This document shows, one piece after another, positions 1 through 8,423 of a stretch of DNA of 32,000 nt. The stretch is from Candidatus Saccharimonadota bacterium (lineage in GTDB: Bacteria; Patescibacteriota; Gracilibacteria; BD1-5; UBA2023): the NCBI GenBank assembly GCA_963706795.1, contig OY970170.1, forward strand, positions 870,001 to 902,000, given 5' to 3'. Positions within the stretch are counted from its first letter, which is position 1. Every line of letters starts with the position of its first letter. Position numbers and translations under genes: made by a program. The notes under the pieces are model-generated. The model worked only from the letters and a program-made list of their open reading frames with translations, made no database searches and was not told the DNA's origin.

Positions 1-217
1 TTGCCTTTCCACCTTCGGTGAGAGCTTTTGTTCCGCAGCAGGCAAGGTGGTTCTTGAGGAGTTCGCGATTTGCACTCTGCAATAGACCCATGGACGCGTT
101 GATCTGGTGGGCGATATCGGCACAGTACACGTCATTCTCGATCATTTCTTGAACTTTTGCAAGTGTGCCCAGTGCTTTCTTGATGCTGAGATTTATCCGA
201 TCTTTGTTGTGAAGCAT
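1..217 (-). CDS. csoR: CsoR/RcnR-family (DUF156) metal-sensing transcriptional repressor; C-terminus cut by window edge
   Basis: Reverse-strand ATG at 215-217. Translation MLHNKDRINLSIKKALGTLAKVQEMIENDVYCADIAHQINASMGLLQSANRELLKNHLACCGTKAL... shows the family helical pattern. It has a C32/H57/C61 triad with the 25/4 spacing of the Cu(I) C-H-C ligands of CsoR. Absent from the ORF track because it runs off the window. Confidence 0.7.
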   Translation of the reverse strand, partial: MLHNKDRINLSIKKALGTLAKVQEMIENDVYCADIAHQINASMGLLQSANRELLKNHLACCGTKALTEGGKA

Positions 218-310
218 ATTGAAATATAAATTGAAAACCCCTATGGTTTGAGTATCCTCGATAAGCTTTTTAGCGAAAGTAGCTCCCGAAAGGGAGCTTT
301 TTATGTGCGA

Positions 311-394
311 CTACTTGTTGCCGCATGCGCATCCAGAACCGCAAGAACAAGTCTCGCAGGTACATGGATTGCATGTGCATTTTTCTGTTTTCAT
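311..394 (-). CDS. 27-aa cysteine-rich peptide with four CxC motifs (metallothionein-like)
   Basis: Reverse-strand ATG 392-394 to TAG 311-313. Translation is MKTEKCTCNPCTCETCSCGSGCACGNK (8 Cys in 27 aa, as CTC, CTC, CSC, CAC). It lies directly upstream of csoR on the same strand, with a palindromic operator-like site between its putative -10 and start. Too short for the ORF track. Confidence 0.45.
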   Translation of the reverse strand: MKTEKCTCNPCTCETCSCGSGCACGNK

Positions 395-415
395 AGATAG
401 CTTGTTGAGAATACC

Positions 416-434
416 TAACCATAGGGTATGGTTA
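416..434. promoter_or_regulatory. Perfect 8-3-8 palindrome TAACCATA-GGG-TATGGTTA, candidate CsoR-family operator
   Basis: Lies 22-40 nt upstream of the Cys-rich peptide ATG, just downstream of a minus-strand TTGCAA-16-TAAAGT promoter-like pair. A degenerate copy sharing the 10-mer CCCTATGGTT sits at 237-255, upstream of csoR. Confidence 0.45.
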
Positions 435-526
435 CTTTAGGGTTTATTAGATTGATTGCAAAAGATTTTTGTTGTGAGTGTGAGTGATTTGAGAATCAAT
501 TAAATTATGCGTATTTTTTTAAAGAA

Positions 527-552
527 CCCCCTCTTCTGTATAGAAGAGGGGG
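527..552 (-). terminator. Intrinsic terminator of the 578..985 gene
   Basis: Perfect 11-bp stem CCCCCTCTTCT / AGAAGAGGGGG with a 4-nt loop, 25 nt after the TAA. The minus-strand tail is TTCTTTAAAAAAA. Confidence 0.65.
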
Positions 553-577
553 TTGAGTGAGGGGATATATTAATTTG

Positions 578-985
578 TTACATCCCCAGCACCTTGTTCA
601 TTGCATCGATCATTGCTGTTTCGAGCGTATGAGAAGGTGAATTGCCCAGTATGGCCTGGACGGCAAAGCCACGATTCAAAAAGAGTGCGTAGTCTTCGAC
701 ATTATTTGATATAGTCGACAAATCCATTGCCAACAAGAGGATTGTTGTGCTGAGTGCCACTTTAATTTGTTCGGCTATATCTTTTGTTAGCAATTTTTCT
801 CCGCCATTCCCATTGTAGAAGTGCATGAGATTTTGGAACTTTTCTTCCGCATTAGGTAATACATTGATTGCATCAAATATTGCCTGTAGATCATCATTTC
901 TTACCTGCATGAGATCTAAGGCATGATTTACCGAAATATTATTTGCGGTACAAAATTCCTTGATCCTATTAAATGAATGTGTCAT
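578..985 (-). CDS. Hypothetical protein, 135 aa, predicted all-helical orphan
   Basis: The ORF-track ORF 578..1078 was trimmed to the Met preceded by GAAGGAGAAAAA (strong SD). The longer version would cover its own promoter. No internal TGA; stops at TAA. No family recognised. Confidence 0.55.
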   Translation of the reverse strand: MTHSFNRIKEFCTANNISVNHALDLMQVRNDDLQAIFDAINVLPNAEEKFQNLMHFYNGNGGEKLLTKDIAEQIKVALSTTILLLAMDLSTISNNVEDYALFLNRGFAVQAILGNSPSHTLETAMIDAMNKVLGM

Positions 986-1014
986 TTTTTCTCCTTCTGC
1001 CACTTGGGCTTTTT

Positions 1015-1064
1015 GTTTAGGTAGGATATTTATAATAAAAATACACAGAAAGTCAAAGATGCTC
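1015..1064 (-). promoter_or_regulatory. Promoter module copy A (minus strand TTGACT-16-TATAAA) for 578..985
   Basis: About 70 percent identical over 50 nt to 1422..1471 (24 of the first 28 nt identical, including TTTATAATAAAAAT). The -35 is the reverse complement of 1051-1056, the -10 of 1029-1034. Confidence 0.5.
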
Positions 1065-1179
1065 GTGCCCCGAGACATAAAAAATCTCTCTCAAATATTT
1101 GAGAGAGATTTTACATATCACAGCTTCTCTGCCACCTTTGCCTCGGTTGTTTTGCCGAGTAGCCTAGAAAATTGCTGTT

Positions 1180-1401
1180 TTAGCAGGTGCTTCGTCTTTG
1201 TACTGACGGTTGGGACTGTGCTGTCATAAAGCCAGGTCTTGCAGATCCCCCTGTCAGGTAATGACTGATTGCCATTCTGTGTTGATGCAACTTGTCAGCC
1301 AGACTTTTATCAAAAGCAAGGGGATCAAAGTTTTCAATCTTCCCATTCATTTCAGAGTCAGACGACACTTGGGGGATTGTGTGCAATGCGTTGGTATTCA
1401 T
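1180..1401 (-). CDS. Hypothetical small protein, 73 aa
   Basis: ATG preceded by GAAAGGAATTATC (SD); TAA stop; no internal TGA. Translation MNTNALHTIPQVSSDSEMNGKIENFDPLAFDKSLADKLHQHRMAISHYLTGGSARPGFMTAQSQPSVQRRSTC. No family recognised. Confidence 0.45.
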   Translation of the reverse strand: MNTNALHTIPQVSSDSEMNGKIENFDPLAFDKSLADKLHQHRMAISHYLTGGSARPGFMTAQSQPSVQRRSTC

Positions 1402-1421
1402 GATAATTCCTTTCGGCGTTT

Positions 1422-1471
1422 GTTTTGGTAGAGTGTTTATAATAAAAATCCTTCATATGTCAAAATAACTC
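1422..1471 (-). promoter_or_regulatory. Promoter module copy B (minus strand TTGACA-17-TATAAA) for 1180..1401
   Basis: Paralogous to 1015..1064. The -35 is the reverse complement of 1459-1464, the -10 of 1436-1441. Confidence 0.5.
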
Positions 1472-1558
1472 TCATTTTACTTTGGAGTTACGCTTTTGAT
1501 TTTGAATAGGTTTTCTGGCTCATATACTTCACACACGTTTTGCATCACTCCCATTTTT

Positions 1559-3316
1559 ATGTCGGAATTTTTGAAGATTGTACAGAGGATTATGCAGCCA
1601 ACATTTGCAATTGGGTATCGAGTCTGGATCCATATTGTATATCGATTTGTAGTGGCTATCTCGGCAATACTCATTGCTCAAATACTGGGGCGTATTACTC
1701 AGGCTATTGCAGTACGCGCATCCTTTGATGTTATAGTGAGCATTGGAATTGAGGCTTTTGCGATTATTGTGCTAAATCTCGTGATACTTGGGATTATGGT
1801 CTATTTCAACGCAACACAGATGGATGTGAGTGTACGAGCATCGAGAGTAATTCGTCAACAACTCTTAGAATCATATTTCAAAAAAGAGCTTTCGCTTCAG
1901 ACTCCAACTGGCAAGGTACTTACTATTTTTGAGAATGGCATCAGTTCATGGCTTACACTCTCTAATCGTGCGGTAATTGATGATCCATTCGGTATCGTCA
2001 CCTTTTTTATTGGTTTTGGATATCTGATATATACAGACATTGGTCTTATGCCTATTGCACTTGGATATATGGCCGTCGTTGCACTCATATCCCACTTTGT
2101 ACAAATTAAGGTTCAACCACTGCGTGAAGAACGTCGTAAGGCTAAAGAAGATGGTGGTCGAGTTTTTGTACGCGCGATCATGGAAAAAGCTACGGCACTT
2201 ATGAATGGCGCTTTTGAATACGAACTCTGACGACTGAGTCAGGCAAGTAGCCGAGTCGTATTTGCCACTCAAAAAGTCGCTGCGATTACCACTCCATGAT
2301 ATAGACTTCCTGGGTATATTCTCGATGCAGTAAGGATACTTACAACCCTTTTCTTGGCGTATAGAGTATCGCAAGGAACTGCAAATATAGGAGATATCGT
2401 AACAGTTGGACTCGTATTTGTGATCCTCGATAGTTATTTTGGTCGACTACTTGATTCGTATCAAATATACACGGACGAATATATTACACTCCAGAGACTG
2501 TGGAATTTTTTGGATACAATCCCAAATTTTGAGCGACTCACAAAAGGGAATGTTTTTGTTTCGAAAAATAGCGATATCGTATTTGATCATGTAAATTTTA
2601 CATATCTTGGCATCGAGACTCCTACGATTAAAGATATTTCGTGTGTCTTTCCAGCAGGGAAGAAGACTGCACTTGTTGGGCGCAGTGGAGCAGGGAAATC
2701 TACGATTATGAAGATGATTCTGGGTCTCTTGCTTCCAGATAATGGAAAGCTCATGGTTGATGAGCAAGATCTCTCTAAAATCAGGCTCGATTCGTATTTT
2801 CCATATATTGGTTATCTCCCACAAGATCCGTCCGTCTTTGACGGAACTATCCGAGAAAATCTCATATATGGAATCGTAACTGAACACACAGATGCCGAGC
2901 TCAAGCAAGCACTTGAGTATGCAAAGTGTGACTTTGTAGAATCTATGAAAGACTGACTCGATACCGAAATTTGAGAGCGCTGAATCCGCCTCTCTGGCTG
3001 AGAGCGTCAACGACTCGCGATTGCTCGTATATTCCTTCGAAATCCAGAGATTCTCATACTTGATGAACCGACTTCGGCATTGGATTCATTTTCTGAGGCG
3101 GCTATTACAGAGGCGCTTCATGAGCTCTTTAAGGGTAAAACAGTCATTGTGGTTGCACATCGATTACAAACCGTCAAAGAAGCAGATAGAATATTTGTAC
3201 TCAAGGCTGGTTCTATCATCGAACAAGGAACACATGATTCGCTACTTGCGTTTGACGGTGAATATGCTCATATGGTTGATCTTCAGAGCGGAAATATGAT
3301 TGAGTATTCGTCGTAA
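1559..3316 (+). CDS. ABC transporter, fused permease/ATPase (exporter type), 585 aa
   Basis: Track ORFs 1496..2230, 2354..2956 and 3080..3316 share one frame and join through six TGA codons (2228, 2297, 2954, 2972, 2981, 2999). Walker A GRSGAGKST, signature LSG[TGA]ERQR, Walker B ILILDEPTSALD, H-loop VVAHRL. Start at ATG 1559 (MSEFLKIV); stop TAA. Confidence 0.9.
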
Positions 3317-3333
3317 GTAGCGCACATCCTCCT

Positions 3334-3675
3334 ATGTCACTCAATACTTCGGGTAAAGTTACCCACTATAATCCAGACAAAAAGAACTCTCCTGATCAGG
3401 AGATATTTATGGAGCGCGCTAGAGACGGATTTTACGCCGTTCTTACAGATGAAGGCATCAGATTAACTGATCGAGAAACCACTGTACATATCATCAAAAA
3501 TGGCCGACATCAATTGGTCCATCGGCTTGATGAAAAAACTTTCGGCCTTATGGTGTATTTCCTACAAGCTACTCATGGAAAGATTCTGACTCACTGGCTA
3601 AAACACAAATTTGAGACAGGGGATTTTGCAGCTATAGAACGCGCATACGGCATATCATTTAGGCGGAAGAATTAA
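3334..3675 (+). CDS. Hypothetical protein, 113 aa
   Basis: Intact ORF 17 nt after the ABC gene stop; no SD; TAA stop. No family recognised. Confidence 0.45.
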   Translation: MSLNTSGKVTHYNPDKKNSPDQEIFMERARDGFYAVLTDEGIRLTDRETTVHIIKNGRHQLVHRLDEKTFGLMVYFLQATHGKILTHWLKHKFETGDFAAIERAYGISFRRKN

Positions 3676-3698
3676 AAAAACGCCCTCAAATGAGGACG
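3674..3698 (-). terminator. Intrinsic terminator downstream of 3722..4018
   Basis: Minus strand reads CGTCCTC-ATTT-GAGGGCG followed by seven T (3674-3680), starting 24 nt after the TGA at 3722-3724. Confidence 0.65.
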
Positions 3699-3721
3699 TT
3701 GGAAGCCACAGTGATAATCTT

Positions 3722-4018
3722 TCATTGCTGAACAAAGTAATGATTATCGAAAGGGGATCGTGGAGTGGCTGGTATTTTTGCCAGTTGAAAGGGAGTGTTT
3801 TGTCCTTCGGTATTTGTTTGTTTGGGGACCACCTCCAATTGGAGGCATCTTCCTGTTTTGATCCACAGCGGCGTACCATCACGAACTTCTACTTGCACGA
3901 AGTAATCTTGGATGATTTCCGGAGAGATGTTCGTATCAACGTTATGAGCAAGAAGAATGGCTTCTGCTTCTACTGTAGTAAACGTTTCGGGTAAAGCGGA
4001 TTGTGTTGTAGTGCACAT
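3722..4018 (-). CDS. Hypothetical protein, 98 aa to the TGA; 119 aa (to TAA at 3659) if TGA is read as Gly
   Basis: Start taken at the Met preceded by GGAAGGAATACAGC (SD), giving MCTTTQSALPETF... The ORF ends on TGA followed by a canonical terminator. Under table 25 it would run on through that hairpin to 3659. No family recognised. Confidence 0.45.
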   Translation of the reverse strand: MCTTTQSALPETFTTVEAEAILLAHNVDTNISPEIIQDYFVQVEVRDGTPLWIKTGRCLQLEVVPKQTNTEGQNTPFQLAKIPATPRSPFDNHYFVQQ

Positions 4019-4093
4019 GCTGTATTCCTTCCAAAGGGTTGATTTTTGTTTTACCACTGAAATCTTCGAATATCGAAAACTTCAGAGTGAAAC

Positions 4094-4123
4094 AAAAACC
4101 CCTCTCGTACGAGAGGGGTTTTT
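4094..4123. terminator. Bidirectional intrinsic terminator
   Basis: 20-nt perfect palindrome CCCCTCTCGTACGAGAGGGG (4099-4118), flanked by AAAAA and TTTTT. Confidence 0.7.
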
Positions 4124-4260
4124 GACAGCGAAAATTACGCACTGATCAAAATCTCCTCTCGGACCGAGCGGAACATTGAACAGAAACGAATGTGTGAAGT
4201 GCTGTAAATCATGAATCCTAAAATAGGAATATTTGAATCTTTGTCAAAGAGAATTTGCTT

Positions 4261-5031
4261 TTAGTGGTGACTACCGTGGCTGTGATCGTCGTGTCCATGG
4301 TCGTCGTGTCCTAAATCGAGATCAAAATCTGCCATGCCATGCTCATCGTGTGAAGTCTCATGTCCATGGTCTTCGTGCGCATTGCTAGAAGCATTTTTGT
4401 CTTTCAGTGATTTGAGCCAAGCAATCAGTGCTACCATGAGAGTTGCCACCATTTCAGCAAAGAGGAGTTTGTAGAGCATGAAAAATACCCCAAACAGCAC
4501 AATGGGTTGGATATGTCGACCAATCCAACCCATAATCTTGGTAGCCTGTAGACTGTGATAGAGATCCGTTTTACCAAGCAGAGTAAATCCTGTGTCGATC
4601 CCAAAGATATATGTCTTACTTGCAAAGCCCATCACGAGTGCTGTCATAAAGACAAGAAGCGCTATTGCGAGCAAAAAATGACTCGCGATTCTTAGAATAA
4701 GATTCTTGGGATAGGGGATTTTAATACCACCAGAGATCGGTGTAAGAATCATCAAAATAAATATCAAATACACCGATGAACCCACCAAAAAATTAGAAAC
4801 TCCAGGACTAAAAAATTTAACCGTATCAGCTGTCTGATATTGTGGTGCAAGCAGTACTGTGAGCATCAAATAGATCGCAAGACCGACAACGAGTCCAAAA
4901 AATACCTCATAGGTTTTTTGTATTCCGATCGCCAAAAATACCACAAATAACACAAATCCCACCGCGAGGATATGAACATCCATCGGCGTAACTTGAAGCA
5001 GAGTGGCGATCTTGAGAATTATTTCGTTCAT
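4261..5031 (-). CDS. Multi-pass membrane protein with His/Asp-rich C-terminal tail (putative metal binding)
   Basis: 256-aa ORF with several hydrophobic segments. The tail is SSNAHEDHGHETSHDEHGMADFDLDLGHDDHGHDDHSHGSHH. TAA stop. Its start is overlapped by the end of pepF. Confidence 0.6.
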   Translation of the reverse strand: MNEIILKIATLLQVTPMDVHILAVGFVLFVVFLAIGIQKTYEVFFGLVVGLAIYLMLTVLLAPQYQTADTVKFFSPGVSNFLVGSSVYLIFILMILTPISGGIKIPYPKNLILRIASHFLLAIALLVFMTALVMGFASKTYIFGIDTGFTLLGKTDLYHSLQATKIMGWIGRHIQPIVLFGVFFMLYKLLFAEMVATLMVALIAWLKSLKDKNASSNAHEDHGHETSHDEHGMADFDLDLGHDDHGHDDHSHGSHH

Positions 5032-6824
5032 GCAACGGTGTTGGCGAGCGCTTCAAATTCTGTAACTTTACGTTCTACTTCTCAGAGTCCGAGTTGGTAA
5101 AATTCGGGCTTAGTAATATCAAATCCGTACTGCGCGAGGAGTTCTTTTGGTCGTACTGATCCACCGGCTCGGAGGATATTTTTGTAGTCGGCGATAAATG
5201 ATTTACCTTCTTTGCGGTAACGATCATAGAGCGCAAATACGAGCAAATGACCAAATGCGTATGCGTAGCAGTAAAATGGCGAATTAAAAATATGTGGAAT
5301 CGTCGCCCATCCGATTTCTTCCTCGGCTGGCACATCATAGGTTATCGAATCTCCACTCATTTTCATCTGCTCAGAACGCCACAGAGTATTGAGATCATGG
5401 TAGGTGAGCTCTTTGCCGCTATGGATCATCTCATGCGCCTTTCGCTCAAAGAGTACATATTGGATCTGTCGGAAAATCGACGAAAACGCATCGAAGAGTT
5501 CATTTGAGAGGAAATCCGTGTATTCCTCAGGACTGAGTCGTGTTTTGATTTTTTCAGAAAGAAGCATTTCCGAAAAAATTGACGCGGTTTCTGCAAGACA
5601 AAGACTGCTGCCATACACGCTATCTCGTTGTACCTGAGAAAGATGTCCATGAATCGCGTGTCCAAGTTCGTGAGAAAGTGTCGGAACATCGGCGAGTTTT
5701 CCTGTGTAATTAAGCAGCACAAAACTTGGCTCATCCTTGCTATAACTTGCAAAAGCACCGCCACGCTTTCATTTTTTTGGAGTCGCGTCTACACGACCAT
5801 TCTCGAACATGTCGATGGAATACGTATAAAATTCCTCATCGAAGTCTTTCATGGTATCGAGGTGGAGCCTCAGCCCTTCCTCAAGTGGCATGGGAGTTTC
5901 ATGATTGCTGATTGGAGCGAAGACGTCGTAGTTCATCATAGTATCGAGTCCTAAAATCTTCTGCTTCGCCTTGATATAGCGAGCATAGAGGGGATAGGCC
6001 TTCTCGATTTCGTTCATGAGTAGGTCGACGACTTCGTTATCGAGTTCTTCGGAGAGATTGCGAGGCTCCATGACGGTCGCATAATCTCGGAGTGTGATCT
6101 TGGTTGACCAGTCTTTGACGATACCAGTATAGCAATTACCAAGGGCGATCTGAATCGTCTTCGAAAGATAGACTTTGCGAATAGATTCGAAGGCCTTCAT
6201 GCGCGTTTGTCGGTCAGGTGACTCGCGGAGCATGCGGATTTCTGAATCCGTGAGAAATTTGATTTTGCCGTCTTCTTCAAACTCAAATTCAAAACTGCCG
6301 ACGAGTTCATCATGGAGAGAATTCGCGAGCGAAAGTGGGCGAGATTTTACATTGAGGACGTATTCTTCACGTTCTGTGAGGATGCGTTTAATGGATTCGG
6401 CAGTGCTTACGAGTGCATTTGCGTGTGGCACCAAAAGCGGATCGTGGCTCCATGTCATCAGTGTCTCATATCCGAGAGACTTCCAAGCCTGTGAGACAAA
6501 AAGAAGACGATTACTGACTTCGATAAAAATCGACTGCATTTCGCCTTGTTGCTTGATGACTTCGGCATTTTGAGTATCGAGACTCTCGAGGTATGAGAGA
6601 TAGTACGCGGGTTTTGTGAGTTTTTTGCTCAGCGCTTCATCCTCATCAAAAAAGGCCGCGAGCTCGCTTGGCTGGGTAAACTTCCCAAGAATTGGTTCAT
6701 ATTTGCGTGCAAATTCGTCTACAAGTGGCAGTATTGCAGCGATATCGGTAATAAATTTTGGATCGTCGAGTCCAGTATAGTAATAACGGGAGAGGTCCCA
6801 TTTAGTTTTGATGGTCGGTTGCAT
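5019..6824 (-). CDS. pepF: Oligoendopeptidase F (M3B metallopeptidase), 601 aa
   Basis: Track ORFs 5769..6824 and 5082..5720 share one frame and join via TGA 5769-5771. The frame continues through TGA 5082-5084 and 5028-5030 to TAA 5019-5021. Contains the HELGH zinc motif and the KRGGAF segment spanning the junction. Confidence 0.85.
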
Positions 6825-6941
6825 GAAGAGAAAAGCATGAAGAGTGAAGATTCTACGATGCTCCTGTAAAATTGCAATGGGAAGGCTTTTCTTTGGGTAT
6901 GATCGAGTTGCAAAATGCGTAATATTTCGTAGAGTTTGCGC

Positions 6942-8414
6942 ATGTCGTTGTACTTAGATTATCGCCCAAAGGACTTTGATTCGCTTCATGGTCAGACTTT
7001 TGTAAAGGAAGCGCTTTTAAACGCGCTCCGTTCCGGTCGCACTGTCGGAGCGTATTTATTTCATGGCTCTCGCGGAACAGGGAAGACCACGGTCGCCCGC
7101 ATTTTAGCGAAGGCTTTTAATTGTCTCGATCTTCGATCAGATGGGAATCCATGTGGCAATTGTGCTAATTGTCGAGCATTCGACGAAGCTCGTATGCTCG
7201 ACATTATTGAGATCGATGCCGCCTCAAATACCGGAGTCGACAACATTCGTGAGATGATCGAAAAAGCGCAATTCCAACCAAATGAAGGGAAATATAAAGT
7301 CTATATCATAGACGAGGTGCATATGCTCTCAAAGGGTGCATTTAATGCCCTCCTCAAAACACTCGAAGAGCCCCCAGCTCATGTAAAATTTATCCTCGCG
7401 ACTACCGAAATCCATCGTATTCCTGAGACGATTATTTCGCGTTCTCAGCGCTATGATTTCCGTAGAATTACTGAAGCGGATATCATGTCACGTCTCTGAT
7501 TTATCGCCCAAAACGAAAAAATCGATGCCGAAGAATCCGGTCTGGAACTCATTGCAAAACTAGCAAAATGAGGGCTTCGTGATGCGATCTCACTCTTTGA
7601 ACAATACGCAATTGGTGGAGTGCTTCGCAAAAAGTTTATCGAAGAAAATCTCGCTCTAGTAGGTGAAGGATTCCTCTCGGATTTCCTCGCAGCACTTGCT
7701 AATAAAGATGCTGTTCGAGTACTCGAAAAACTCGCCGATCTCAAACTCCGATCGATCGAAGCTCGCAGATTTTTTGATGAGCTCTTGTTCTTTATGCGAG
7801 ATCGTCTCGTTGAAGCGCTCTCTACGCCTCATTTTGCGACCTATGAGCGCATTTTTAGAGCATTCGAATGAGCATATGGGAAGCTCAGAGATTTCCCAGA
7901 GCCGTTTTTGCTCCTTGAGATTACGAGCCTCTCACTCGTAAATGTTTCGTCTGTTATGGCACATTCGGATGTGCCACTTCGCGCTCCTGTAGCCGAGTCC
8001 AAGCCAGTGCCCCGCAAAGAAGCTCCTGTGGCAGAAAAGATCATCGAAGAAATCGAATACGTTGTTGCTCCTGTAGTCACTCAAGTGCCAGAGTCACTTC
8101 CAGAAGCTCCGAGTTCGTCAGGAATATCGACTGATTTTGATCTTCTTGCGCTCATAAACCATGTGAAGACTCAGCCTGGCAAAGGATTCGTTTTGGCGGC
8201 GCTCAAAAATGGAGATTTCACGTTGGGTGACAATACGATTACATTTGGCTGTTCAAGCGAATTCGAGCGCAAAAAACTCGATACACCAGAGATTCAGAGT
8301 TTTCTCTGAGAGTCTATTGAACTGCTTTTTGGGATGAATCCAAGCATTGCCTTTAGTCTCTCTAAAAAGAAAAAAGTCACTCTGGAAGCTCACGAAGTCG
8401 CCGATATATTTTAA
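6942..8414 (+). CDS. dnaX: DNA polymerase III subunit gamma/tau, 490 aa
   Basis: ORFs 6936..7499, 7620..7871 and 7908..8309 share one frame and join via TGA at 7497, 7569, 7869 and 8307; stop TAA 8412-8414. Walker A GSRGTGKTT, Zn module CGNCANC, IIDEVHMLS. AK[TGA]GLRDA matches the conserved GG(S/L)RDA box. Confidence 0.9.
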
Positions 8415-8423
8415 TATTTTCGC

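Noticed and set aside
1180-1401. Double-glycine (LTGG) leader peptide exported by the divergent ABC transporter, i.e. a bacteriocin locus.
   Set aside because: The ABC protein begins directly with transmembrane segments and has no C39 peptidase domain. The leader does not fit the usual consensus well, and no modification or immunity genes are present.
1496-3316. Three consecutive ORFs that look like a fragmented, pseudogenised ABC transporter. The same pattern occurs for pepF, dnaX, radA, phr, tsaD and others.
   Set aside because: All fragments of each gene share one frame and are separated only by TGA, never TAA or TAG. The TGAs fall on conserved Gly positions. This is recoding (table 25), not gene decay.
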